Positions 11,072 through 20,844 of a DNA stretch of 64,000 nucleotides are shown here, in pieces. The notes below the pieces were generated by a model. That model saw only the letters and a list, made by a program, of their open reading frames with translations, was not told the DNA's origin and did no database searches. Location: the NCBI GenBank assembly GCA_902617955.1, contig CACMYW010000001.1, positions 15,627 through 79,626 of the forward strand. Direction: 5' to 3'. Position numbers and translations under genes: made by a program. This stretch comes from an uncultured SAR86 cluster bacterium. GTDB lineage: Bacteria > Pseudomonadota > Gammaproteobacteria > Magnimaribacterales > D2472. Every line of letters starts with the position of its first letter. The first letter of the stretch is position 1.

Positions 11072-14000
11072 ATGATTAATAAACTTGATCTAAAAGCCTT
11101 ATTTGTATTATTTGCTCTAATTTCCTTTGTTGTTGTTGCGCAAGAAGACAGCTCAGATAGCAATGAAGAAGCTGAAGAAGAAGTAATTGAAGAGGTTATT
11201 ACTACTGGTTCACGGATTGCAAGAAATCCGCTTGAGCTTGCACAGCCGGTTACTATTATCAGCGGAGACGAATACAGAGCTAGAGCATACACTAACGCTG
11301 CTCAAGCTTTAACAGATCTTCCTGAAGTAGGATCCGTAAACTCACTATCTGGAGACCAAGGCGGTCTTGGTGCCGGGCAACAAGTTGCCTCTAACTTTGG
11401 CTTGGGTTCATCTAGAACAGTTACCCTAGTTAACAGCAGAAGATTTGTTGGATCACAATCACCAACGGGTGGTGCTGGTTCTGGTCTTGCAGTTGATTTA
11501 AACAATATACCTTCAGCTTTAATCGATAGAGTTGAAATCATGCCCGTAGGTGGTGCTGCTGTTTACGGTGCCGATGCTATCGCTGGTGTGGTTAACTTTA
11601 TTTTAAAAGATGACTTTGAGGGAGCTGAACTTACAGTTAACACTTATGATTACGCTGGGATGGATGATGATACATCCTTTAACTTTACCATTGGTGGTAA
11701 CTTTGCTGATGGTAGAGGTAATATTGTTATCAATGCACAGGTAGAGGATCGTGGTCAAGTATTTTACGATCAAGCAAATGACAGAATTAGAAACTGTACA
11801 GCCGGTTTTTTATACGAAAATCCTAATGACAGCGGTCAAGACATTTATGGAAATACTGGTTATACCTATGAGCGTGAGCTTACGAACGGTTATGATCTTG
11901 GTTTAGCGGATGCCCAAGGTAGAAGAACTTTTGGTGATAACGGTCTTCATGTTTGTCCAACACTAGTATCAAATCCTGTTTCAGGCTTACTTTCAGATGA
12001 TGGTTATAACGAAGTTGGTTCTGATGGTGGTCCTTTTTGGGGTGGTGCTTTAGCAGATGGTCTTTATTATCATTTCCCTGGTGCAGGCGGAGACATGACT
12101 GTAATGGATCCAGGTGTACCTTACGGCAGAGCCTATTACACTAGAGGATCAAATATCTACAACATTCAAGATAACAAAATTCTTCGTGCTGGTTTTGAAA
12201 GAAAGAACATCAGTATCTTTGTGAAATATGATATTACTGATGATCATAGATTATATTTTGACCTCTATAATAATGGCTTCTTTGCTGAGGATGATGGTTC
12301 CTCATCAGCTGCACATTATCATGATTACTATTTTGGAGCTGTAGATAGAGACAACTGTAATGTTGGAGGCAATCGTCTCAATGATGGATGTTGGTCATTA
12401 TCAGGCGGTATTCCTATTGATTACGACGATCCTTTCTTAACTCAAAATTCAAGAGATATATTAGCTGCTAATGGTTATGCATCAGGCGATACCTTGTATT
12501 TACAAAGACTCGGCGTTGATCTTTCACCAACCCTTAGAGGTGACGGTTTTGAAAATGAATCAAAAACCCAATTCTATAACGCCGGTTTTGATGGTAAATT
12601 CGATATTATGGGTGAAGAATTCACTTACGACATTGGTACGAGCTGGGGTGAAACAAGGATTATATCAACTGAACCAATTCAAATCGGAGCAAGATATGCT
12701 GCTGCGTTAGATTATGGTATCAATCCTGCAACGGGTGAGATTGACTGTAAATTCAACTATGTTGAAGGTTACCAACTTGCTGTTACAGGGACCCAAAGGG
12801 GCGACTTTTCATTACTTGGTGGTGGTGTCGGACTTGGATCGCCTGGTGATTGTTCACCGTTCAACCCAATGGGCTTCAATTTACCCGAAAACGATGCTGC
12901 TAAAGCCTACTTCTCGAGCTACGATAACGAAGGCGCTACACTTAATCAAAAATCATTTTATTGGAACGTAGCTGGTGAATTACCTGGCTTTGAATTGCCT
13001 GCAGGCCCAGTTCAGTTTGCTGTTGGATATGATATTAGGAAAGAGAAAGCTAAATTTGATGCAAGTCAAATGGCTTTAATGTCTGTTGCAGTTCGTGGCT
13101 CACAAACTCGAAGCACAACTGGTTTCTTTGAGATTGAATCTCAATATGTTGAGCTCTCAATGCCAATTGTTTCAGACCTTCCGTTTGCTGATGAAGTAAG
13201 ACTTGACTATAGTTTTCGTGATCTTGATAACACCAATACTATAAGATCAAACAGCTACGACGTTGATGCTTTAAGCTTATATTGGAGAATTAATGATGAT
13301 TTTGCTTTCAGGTATTCTGATCAAACAACAACAAAATCTCCAAACATCTCAGACCTATATGGTCCTCAGAATCCTAGCTTCCAGCAGGCTCTAGATCCTT
13401 GTGATACTAGATATGTTGATGACGGTGATTTTCCTGCTAACAGACTAGCTAACTGTACTGCTGACGGCATTGATACAACAGACTTTAGAAGTTTTGTTGC
13501 CGGCGGTACTGTTCAAGGTACAAAGGGAGGAAATCCAAATCTCTTGGATGAAAATGGTGAAACAACTTCTTACGGAATTATGTTTACACCTACATACGAT
13601 TTCCTAGAGCCCTATGGTGATTTCACATTCTCAGTTGATTTCATCGAAATTCTTTTAACTGATTATGTAACAACATTCACTCTCATAGATTTCATGGAAG
13701 CTTGTTATGATGCTGCATCATTCCCTAATAACTTCTGTTTAAATTTCCAAAGGGATCCTGTAACACGTCAAGTTACAGATTTCCAAGTTGGTTCTGGTAA
13801 CTCTGGTATTATTGATTTTGCTACATATATCTATAGAGCTTCATGGTCTCATGACCTTGCTACTGTAATTGGTCAAGATGAAGGTTCTCTAGGTGATATC
13901 TCTGTTTCATGGAGAGGTTTACAACAAGATCAAAGGTTCGAGGCAGATTCTGGTGATCCAGCTGATCTAATTGATAAAACTGGCTGGGCTTCAGATCCTG

Positions 14001-14332
14001 AATGGTCATATGACTTAACCGTTGGTTGGTCCTACAAAGATCTAACAGTATTCTATCAAGCTGACTATGTTGACGGTGGATACGTTAACAAACAACAAAC
14101 TGATATTAGGGCTGACAGATACATTGGTTATGATGGTAAGCCATTTACTGAGTACGACGGCTATTGGTTCGATACAATAGGTGCTGTATATAATTACGGT
14201 GATAACATGACATTCTCAATTAGAATCAATAACCCTCTTGATCACGATGGATCAGAAGGCAGATATGATACTAATAGAAGACTTTCATTTATTGGTAGAA
14301 CTATCACAACTCAGTTCCAGATTAGATTCTAA
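11072..14332 (+). CDS. TonB-dependent receptor (large, ~1,086 aa)
   Basis: Signal peptide, an acidic linker, then TonB-box-like EEVITTGSRI. The plug region carries GGAAVYGADAIAGVVNFILK, and the long beta-barrel ends in a C-terminal Phe. Confidence 0.9.
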   Translation: MINKLDLKALFVLFALISFVVVAQEDSSDSNEEAEEEVIEEVITTGSRIARNPLELAQPVTIISGDEYRARAYTNAAQALTDLPEVGSVNSLSGDQGGLGAGQQVASNFGLGSSRTVTLVNSRRFVGSQSPTGGAGSGLAVDLNNIPSALIDRVEIMPVGGAAVYGADAIAGVVNFILKDDFEGAELTVNTYDYAGMDDDTSFNFTIGGNFADGRGNIVINAQVEDRGQVFYDQANDRIRNCTAGFLYENPNDSGQDIYGNTGYTYERELTNGYDLGLADAQGRRTFGDNGLHVCPTLVSNPVSGLLSDDGYNEVGSDGGPFWGGALADGLYYHFPGAGGDMTVMDPGVPYGRAYYTRGSNIYNIQDNKILRAGFERKNISIFVKYDITDDHRLYFDLYNNGFFAEDDGSSSAAHYHDYYFGAVDRDNCNVGGNRLNDGCWSLSGGIPIDYDDPFLTQNSRDILAANGYASGDTLYLQRLGVDLSPTLRGDGFENESKTQFYNAGFDGKFDIMGEEFTYDIGTSWGETRIISTEPIQIGARYAAALDYGINPATGEIDCKFNYVEGYQLAVTGTQRGDFSLLGGGVGLGSPGDCSPFNPMGFNLPENDAAKAYFSSYDNEGATLNQKSFYWNVAGELPGFELPAGPVQFAVGYDIRKEKAKFDASQMALMSVAVRGSQTRSTTGFFEIESQYVELSMPIVSDLPFADEVRLDYSFRDLDNTNTIRSNSYDVDALSLYWRINDDFAFRYSDQTTTKSPNISDLYGPQNPSFQQALDPCDTRYVDDGDFPANRLANCTADGIDTTDFRSFVAGGTVQGTKGGNPNLLDENGETTSYGIMFTPTYDFLEPYGDFTFSVDFIEILLTDYVTTFTLIDFMEACYDAASFPNNFCLNFQRDPVTRQVTDFQVGSGNSGIIDFATYIYRASWSHDLATVIGQDEGSLGDISVSWRGLQQDQRFEADSGDPADLIDKTGWASDPEWSYDLTVGWSYKDLTVFYQADYVDGGYVNKQQTDIRADRYIGYDGKPFTEYDGYWFDTIGAVYNYGDNMTFSIRINNPLDHDGSEGRYDTNRRLSFIGRTITTQFQIRF

Positions 14333-14356
14333 TATCTAGCTGTTATTAAATTTAAA

Positions 14357-14383
14357 AGAGGGCTTTCAAGCCCTCTTTTTTTT
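14357..14383 (+). terminator. Rho-independent terminator
   Basis: AGAGGGC-TTTCAA-GCCCTCT followed by T8. Confidence 0.85.
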
Positions 14384-14413
14384 GTCTATTTAATACACAT
14401 AATTGAAAAAAAT

Positions 14414-14441
14414 TTGACAAACGCAACAAAAACGTGACAAT
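14414..14441 (+). promoter_or_regulatory. Putative sigma70 promoter of the second TBDR gene
   Basis: Perfect -35 TTGACA, a 16-nt spacer, then GACAAT. The module TTTGACA-N13-CGTGACAATTT recurs upstream of the third TBDR. Confidence 0.5.
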
Positions 14442-14473
14442 TTCAATTAAATTTAAATAATTTGGGGAAAACT

Positions 14474-17400
14474 ATGCGTTACAACATTAAATTTTCGTTG
14501 GCACTTGTCGCGACAATTCTTTTTGCTCCATTATCTTTTGCGCAAGATAATTCAGATCTAGATGATGAAGAAATAGAAGAAGTTGTGGTTACAGGTTCTA
14601 AACTTGGTAGGTCAAACTTTGAAGCGGATGTACCTATTCTTACTATTAGTAGTGAGGAGATTACAAATAGGCTAACAAACACAGCTGGAAATGCAGTTGC
14701 ACGTTTACCAAATGCTGCTTTAGCAAACTCTATCCAAGGCGATGCTTATCAAGCTGGAAGTGGGGTAGGACAAAACATTGTAAGTTTGTTTGGACTAGGT
14801 TCACAAAGAACACTAACGCTCGTTAATGGAAGAAGATTCGTATCATCAAATTCTCCCCAAAATGGAGCAGCTGCAGATGGTCTTCAAGTAGACACAAATA
14901 ACATCCCAATTTTATTGATTGATCGAATTGAGGTTAACAATGTTGGTGGTGCTTCAGTTTATGGTGCTGACGCTGTTGCTGGTGTTATCAACTATATTTT
15001 AAAAGACGATTTTGAGGGCTTCAGGCTTCAATATGATTATAACAACGTTGCTGATATCTCTGAAGACCGAGGTGTAAAAATGCTTTTTGGTGCAAACTTT
15101 GATGACGGCAAAGGTAATTTTGCATTATCTGTTGACTATAATGAAACTGGACACATTACCCTTGAAGAACTTGACGCAGAGGGTCAATATTATAGAGGTG
15201 GTTTCTATGATGTAGCTCCTGGAACAGCCACAACTCCTGGCCAGGTGAAATTATTAACTGACTACGCTGTTAATGGTTTAGATAAGCCAGGTATTATCAC
15301 TGCAAATGCGTTATTTTTGCCAAACTACTGCTTAAGAATTGGTGCTGCATACTGTACTGGTTGGACAAATGACAGGAATGTTGGTTTCGATAATGCTGGA
15401 AATTTTGTTGATAAAGCTACTGGTGTCGCAACCGGTAATGTTGTTTGGGCTGATGGTGGTGCTGGTGTGAGGCTATTATCAACAGATCCATACTTAAACC
15501 CTTCAGAAAGAACAAACATAAACTTGTTTGTGAACTATGAAATAGCTGATGACTTAAATGCAAGACTTGAAATGTACAAGTCAGATTTTAGTGCTCAGGA
15601 AGGTGCTACTCAACCATACATTTCTAATGGACTTTTCCCTGCCCCTTATAGTGCTTTGCAAATGTCCGCATCGAATCCATTTTTACCTCAAGATGCTAAA
15701 GATTTTCTTGCGGCAGAAGGTGCTGATACATTTTATTTAGGTAAGTGGTGGATGGATTTATATAGTCCAAACAGCAACCAATCTAATACTGATATGTTTA
15801 GATTCTCTCTAGAGGGTAAGCTCGGTGACTTTGGTTGGGAAGCCGGTATTAGTACAGGTAGTTCAACTATTTATTCAAACCAAAATAATCTCAATTATAT
15901 GAGGTTATTTCTTGCACTGGATGCTGGGGTAAACCCAGATACTAATCGTATTGATTGTAAATGGAATTATGAAGCTGATTATGAAAATGGTAATGTTAGC
16001 GATCTTGGATTACCAACTTATTCAGGAACAATTTTTGGTAAGAGGGGCGACTGTAAACCATATAATCCATTTGGCTTTGGTCAAAATTCAGCTGAATCAC
16101 TTGATTATGTGACTGCTGCATATTTTGATAGAGCGAAGCTAAGACAGGATATAGCTTTCTTTGAAATCGATGGTGTTATTGCTGAGCTTCCTGCTGGTGA
16201 AGTGCAAGCTCTATTTGGTTTTGAGTCTAGGACAGAAAAAGCTAACTTTAATTCAGGATTCGGAGCTGCTACAAGGGTTGCTTATGAAGCCGGTGGAAGC
16301 GGTGATGGATCGCAGGGCGGTCAGTTTGATTCCGATGATTTCTATATGGAAGCAAGGGTTCCATTGGTTTCTTCTGATATGAATATACCTGGAGTTCAAA
16401 ATCTTGAATTATCACTTTCATTTAGAGAAATTGATCATTCATATGCTGGTTCAGACTCAACTGAAGGCTTTGGTTTAACATGGGATATTATTGATGATCT
16501 AACATTTAGAGCAAAATCTCAGGTAACAGTAAGAGCGCCAAATGTTGGTGAGCTATTTAAGCCAGTTTTAGAGGGTAGTTCCTTTACATCTGATCCATGT
16601 GATGCAAATAACTTAATTGAAGGGCCTAACCCAAGCGTTAGACAGGCTAACTGTGCAGCTGAAGGAATACCAGCTGATTTTTCATCTCAAGCTGGTAATG
16701 CGTCTGTTAGAGGTACATCAGGTGGTAATCTTAATCTAATGAATGAAGAGGCAGATACTACTTCGTATGGATTTGTATATAGTCCGACATTCCACCCTGT
16801 GGTTGAAGGTCTGCAAATCGCAGTTGATTTTATTGAATTTGATATTCAGAACGCAATTACTACATTTACATTATCGCAGGTGATGGCAGCTTGTTATGAC
16901 TCAACAAGTTATCCAAATAATCAATTTTGTGATTCTTTCAATAGATTGCCTGGTTCATTCCAGCTTCCAAAAGAGGGAGCCTATAATGTAGGTGTTGTTA
17001 ACGCTGCCTACTATCTCTTTGATACATATATTTATGAAATTTCATATAATAAAAATGTTAATGAGTTTTTAGGTTATCTAGGTGCTGACATTGCTTATGA
17101 TCTAGGTGATTTTGGAATTAAAACAGTCTGGTATCAAAAAGATAAAGATATCTTCTCAGCAACAGGTTTTGATGAAGATGATGAGCTAGGATCATTTTCT
17201 AATCCTGATAATAGATTGGTCACTCAGTTTAGCTGGGAGAAAGGTAAATACTTCTCATATCTTGATTTATTCTACAGAGGTGGTGGTAAGCTCAATGATG
17301 ATTGGGATGATGCTGCTGAGCCAGAAAGATATCTTGATACAGAAGGAAATCCACTTTCTAATGATGTCGATGGTTACTATACGGGATCATTTGGTTTAAT

Positions 17401-17545
17401 TTATTCTCTTAATGATAATTTTAAACTAAACCTTAGAGTTACCAATGTCTTTGATAGAGGTCCGGAAAATGATTTAGAACTATCTAGGTACCCAGCTGCA
17501 TGGCCGGGCAGAACTATTTCAGGTGGTTTCCAAATTAATTTCTAG
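14474..17545 (+). CDS. TonB-dependent receptor (paralog of 11072..14332)
   Basis: I prefer the ATG at 14474 (SD GGGGA 5 nt upstream) over the TTG at 14462. Signal peptide, TonB box EEVVVTGSKL, a plug alignable with the first TBDR, and a C-terminal Phe. Confidence 0.9.
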   Translation: MRYNIKFSLALVATILFAPLSFAQDNSDLDDEEIEEVVVTGSKLGRSNFEADVPILTISSEEITNRLTNTAGNAVARLPNAALANSIQGDAYQAGSGVGQNIVSLFGLGSQRTLTLVNGRRFVSSNSPQNGAAADGLQVDTNNIPILLIDRIEVNNVGGASVYGADAVAGVINYILKDDFEGFRLQYDYNNVADISEDRGVKMLFGANFDDGKGNFALSVDYNETGHITLEELDAEGQYYRGGFYDVAPGTATTPGQVKLLTDYAVNGLDKPGIITANALFLPNYCLRIGAAYCTGWTNDRNVGFDNAGNFVDKATGVATGNVVWADGGAGVRLLSTDPYLNPSERTNINLFVNYEIADDLNARLEMYKSDFSAQEGATQPYISNGLFPAPYSALQMSASNPFLPQDAKDFLAAEGADTFYLGKWWMDLYSPNSNQSNTDMFRFSLEGKLGDFGWEAGISTGSSTIYSNQNNLNYMRLFLALDAGVNPDTNRIDCKWNYEADYENGNVSDLGLPTYSGTIFGKRGDCKPYNPFGFGQNSAESLDYVTAAYFDRAKLRQDIAFFEIDGVIAELPAGEVQALFGFESRTEKANFNSGFGAATRVAYEAGGSGDGSQGGQFDSDDFYMEARVPLVSSDMNIPGVQNLELSLSFREIDHSYAGSDSTEGFGLTWDIIDDLTFRAKSQVTVRAPNVGELFKPVLEGSSFTSDPCDANNLIEGPNPSVRQANCAAEGIPADFSSQAGNASVRGTSGGNLNLMNEEADTTSYGFVYSPTFHPVVEGLQIAVDFIEFDIQNAITTFTLSQVMAACYDSTSYPNNQFCDSFNRLPGSFQLPKEGAYNVGVVNAAYYLFDTYIYEISYNKNVNEFLGYLGADIAYDLGDFGIKTVWYQKDKDIFSATGFDEDDELGSFSNPDNRLVTQFSWEKGKYFSYLDLFYRGGGKLNDDWDDAAEPERYLDTEGNPLSNDVDGYYTGSFGLIYSLNDNFKLNLRVTNVFDRGPENDLELSRYPAAWPGRTISGGFQINF

Positions 17546-17567
17546 TATTAATTTTGTAATATAAAAA

Positions 17568-17594
17568 AGAGGGCTTAGGCCCTCTTTTTTTTTC
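17568..17594 (+). terminator. Rho-independent terminator
   Basis: AGAGGGC-TTAG-GCCCTCT followed by a T-run. Confidence 0.85.
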
Positions 17595-17685
17595 TTCTTT
17601 ATTATACTTTTACCTCATTATGTAAAGTAATCAGCGTTTTAGTATCATGTTCTATTATTTTTATATTGTTAAATCGATAACAGGT

Positions 17686-17713
17686 TTGACATTTGTTATA
17701 AAACCGTCACAAT
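17686..17713 (+). promoter_or_regulatory. Putative sigma70 promoter of the third TBDR gene
   Basis: TTGACA-N16-CACAAT, with the same 31-bp architecture as at 14413-14443. Confidence 0.5.
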
Positions 17714-17748
17714 TTGTTACTGTGTACTTAAATTTAAGGGATATAACT

Positions 17749-20742
17749 ATGAGTTTTAATTATAAATTTACTATAGCACTTATTGCTTCTTTGGTAATAG
17801 TGCCGCTTTCATTTGCTCAGGAAACTGCTGATGAAAATGTAGAAGAGGTGGTTGTTACAGGTACAAGGATTACTAACCCAAATATTGTTAGTACTTCTCA
17901 GGTCCAAGTTGTAACAGCTGAAGATATAGACAATAGGGGTGCTGTTAGATTAGAAGATGTATTAAATGATCTTCCTCAAATTGCCCCAGGCCAAATTGCT
18001 CAAACAGCAAATGGATCTAATGGAACAGCAACAGCCAACTTAAGAAATCTTGGTTGTTCTAGAACCTTAGTTCTATTAAATGGAAACAGAATGGCCCCTG
18101 GTACTTCGTCTGGTGGAGTTTGTGCTGATATTAGTCAGGTTCCCGCATTGCTAATTAAAAGAGTGGAAGTTTTGACTGGTGGTGCTACATCCGTTTACGG
18201 TTCAGATGCATTAGCTGGTGTTGTTAACTTTATTCTTGATGATGAGTTTCAAGGCTTTAAAGCAAGCGCAACAAATTCTTTTTATCATCATGAAAATGAT
18301 AACTCTGCGCTAAGAGCTCTTCATGATACTTATGGCTATCAAAAAGCTCCTTCAAGTGTAACTGAAGGCGATTCTCTTAAATTATCATTAGCATTTGGTG
18401 GCTCAATTGACGATGGAAATGGACACATCACAGGTTACATTGAACATATAAATACTCAACCTATTCTTCAGGGCGCCTATGATGGTGGGGCTTGTGCCTT
18501 AAGTGGCGGTGCTGCTAGGTGCGGTGGCTCCAGTACAATACCTGCAGGAAGGCTATACGATTTTGGATATTCGAAGAAGGGGTTTACTCCTATAGATACT
18601 TCAGTATCCGATTATAAATTCGATTATAAAACTGTAGGCGATGAGTTTGCTGATAGAGCAGGAACGCTTTATAACTATAATCCAACCAATCATTATCAAA
18701 GACCACAAGATAAAGTTAATGCTGGATTCTTCGCGAAATACAGCCTAACAGATGATGACGAGTTCTATGCAAATGTAAGATTCATGCAAAACGAGTCTCC
18801 ATCACAAATAGCATATTCTGGAACGTTTGGAGATCTAAGAGCACTGCCTTGTTATAACGCAAATCTCTCGGCTCAACAGTATCAAGCTATATGTGGTAAC
18901 TGGACCGGAATGGGTGGCGATCATGCTCCTGATTTTGCAACTAATGCTGCTGCATTGGCTTACATAAATGATTTAAATAGCCAAGTAGCTGCTGGAACAA
19001 TTATTGATTATATGGCTCCAGTTAGAAGTTTAAAGAGAAACGTCGAGGGTGGACCTAGAAAATATGCTACTAAGTATCAAAATATAACCTACTCAATTGG
19101 TTTAAGAGGTGATCTTAATGATGATTGGAGATACGATATTTCATATCAAACATCCGAAGTTGATTTCAATGAAGAAATTCAGAATGACCTTTCTATCACT
19201 AAACTACTAAGAGCAACTAATGTTGTGAGTATTGCTGGCGTGCCAACTTGTGTGTCAGTTGTTGATGGATCAGATCCGGATTGTATTCCATATAACCTTT
19301 TCTCCGGTGGTCTACCTGGAGATGGAGGTATTCAAGCTATTTGGGATGCTAATCCAGAAATTCAAACATACATGGCTATCCCTAACTTTATATTAGGTGA
19401 CTCTAGCGAAACAATTATTCAAGCTTATGTAGAGGGTGAAACAGGAGTTACAGTTCCTGGTGCTCCTGCTCCAGTAAGTGCAGTGTTTGGTTATGAGTCA
19501 AGAGAGCTAGAATCAGATTATCGTCCGGATGCTTCTGCACAGGCGGCTGATAGAACGGGTGCTGGTGGTCCTATCGTTGCACTTGCCGGTGGATATGATG
19601 TTAAAGAGTACTTCCTCGAACTAGGTATACCTGTAACTGATAACTTCAACCTTGAAGTTGGTGCTAGGTTTGCAGATTATTCTACTGATAATGACACAGA
19701 TGCCTTTAAGTTTGGTGGTTATTGGCAGATTAATGACCAAGTATCTGTAAGAGGTACTTATCAAACAGCTACACGTCACGGTGGAATCTCTGAATTGTAC
19801 AGAGGCCAAGGTTCTAGTCTAACCGACTTAGATCCAGACCCATGTGGTACGGATCCTGAAGCTGGAACTCCTCCAACTTATACACAAGAACAATGCGCCA
19901 GAACAGGATTATCTGCTGCTGACTATGGTTCAGACCTTAAATCACCAGCTGATCAGTACAATATTTTAACTGGTGGTAACCCTAACCTTGTTCCTGAAGA
20001 ATCAGAATCTGTTACATTAGGAGTAGTTTGGACTCCTGAATCAGTTCCTGGATTATCAGTAACGTTGGATTACTTTGATATTGAGATTACTGATGGTATT
20101 GGAACCATTCCTGCTTCTACATCATTAATACAGTGTTTAGAGACTGGAAATCCAACCTTTTGTAATCTAATTGAAAGAGATCCAATTGCTGGTACTCTAT
20201 GGGTATCACCGGGTCAGATTATTACTACAAACACTAATGTTTCTGAGTCTGGTTTAACTGGTTACGATATTATCTTTACCTACCCACTTGAAACTCCAAT
20301 TGGTGTTGTAGACCTTAAAGGTATTTCAACAATTACCGATTCAGATACGTTTATTGCTATACCTGGCGCTGAGGAATTAGAATGTGCTGGTTATTATGGT
20401 AAATCTTGTGGCAAGAATCCTACTCCAGAGTTTGCAGGAAACTATACTGCATCTCTTTCAAGAGGTGACTTTGATTACATACTTGGTCTTAGATTCTTAG
20501 GTGAAACAGAAGATCTCAATACCGTAGATATTGATATTGAGGACAAAACCTATCTTGATTTCACAGTTAATTATCAATTTAATGATAATTTAAGATTTAG
20601 TGTCGGTGCTAGTAACATTCTTGATGAGGACCCTGTCTATACATCAGCAGCTGGTACTGCTCCAGGTAATGGTAATACTTTCCCTGGATACTTTGATGCA
20701 CTTGGTACTTACATCTTTGTAAATGCTACATTTGAGTTGTAA
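17749..20742 (+). CDS. TonB-dependent receptor
   Basis: I prefer the ATG at 17749 (MSFNYKFTIALIASL..., SD AAGGGA) because the ORF-track start at 17647 would run through the promoter. TonB box EEVVVTGTRI and plug motif SVYGSDALAGVVNFIL. Confidence 0.88.
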   Translation: MSFNYKFTIALIASLVIVPLSFAQETADENVEEVVVTGTRITNPNIVSTSQVQVVTAEDIDNRGAVRLEDVLNDLPQIAPGQIAQTANGSNGTATANLRNLGCSRTLVLLNGNRMAPGTSSGGVCADISQVPALLIKRVEVLTGGATSVYGSDALAGVVNFILDDEFQGFKASATNSFYHHENDNSALRALHDTYGYQKAPSSVTEGDSLKLSLAFGGSIDDGNGHITGYIEHINTQPILQGAYDGGACALSGGAARCGGSSTIPAGRLYDFGYSKKGFTPIDTSVSDYKFDYKTVGDEFADRAGTLYNYNPTNHYQRPQDKVNAGFFAKYSLTDDDEFYANVRFMQNESPSQIAYSGTFGDLRALPCYNANLSAQQYQAICGNWTGMGGDHAPDFATNAAALAYINDLNSQVAAGTIIDYMAPVRSLKRNVEGGPRKYATKYQNITYSIGLRGDLNDDWRYDISYQTSEVDFNEEIQNDLSITKLLRATNVVSIAGVPTCVSVVDGSDPDCIPYNLFSGGLPGDGGIQAIWDANPEIQTYMAIPNFILGDSSETIIQAYVEGETGVTVPGAPAPVSAVFGYESRELESDYRPDASAQAADRTGAGGPIVALAGGYDVKEYFLELGIPVTDNFNLEVGARFADYSTDNDTDAFKFGGYWQINDQVSVRGTYQTATRHGGISELYRGQGSSLTDLDPDPCGTDPEAGTPPTYTQEQCARTGLSAADYGSDLKSPADQYNILTGGNPNLVPEESESVTLGVVWTPESVPGLSVTLDYFDIEITDGIGTIPASTSLIQCLETGNPTFCNLIERDPIAGTLWVSPGQIITTNTNVSESGLTGYDIIFTYPLETPIGVVDLKGISTITDSDTFIAIPGAEELECAGYYGKSCGKNPTPEFAGNYTASLSRGDFDYILGLRFLGETEDLNTVDIDIEDKTYLDFTVNYQFNDNLRFSVGASNILDEDPVYTSAAGTAPGNGNTFPGYFDALGTYIFVNATFEL

Positions 20743-20763
20743 TCTTGATTTAAAAACCTATAA

Positions 20764-20788
20764 AGGGGCTTTTTAGCCCCTTTTTTTA
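20764..20788 (+). terminator. Rho-independent terminator
   Basis: AGGGGCT-TTTT-AGCCCCT followed by T7. Confidence 0.85.
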
Positions 20789-20844
20789 TATATATAAAGC
20801 ACGTTAAGGCAGTTTTTTTTGATGCTTTTTCATATAATACGCAT

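Noticed and set aside
11056-11074. A shared translation-initiation string (ATTTA(A)GGGGA-N4-7-(A)CTATG) upstream of all five TBDR genes, considered as a TBDR-specific regulatory element.
   Set aside because: gdh (AGGGGTGAT) and fabI (GAAGGGG) have the same AGGGG-type SD. This is most simply the organism's strong Shine-Dalgarno (pairing with CCUCC via one G-U) on highly expressed genes, not a dedicated signal.
17647-17748. The ORF track gives 5' extensions for several genes: TBDR at 17647, TBDR at 14462, TBDR at 36487, permease at 22406, ppiD at 8219, ADC at 45836, SGNH at 39576 and gltX at 27582.
   Set aside because: Downstream ATGs give proper signal peptides or homologous N-termini and are preceded by an SD or by the upstream gene's stop. 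The extensions would run through promoter or terminator sequence or overlap the preceding gene.
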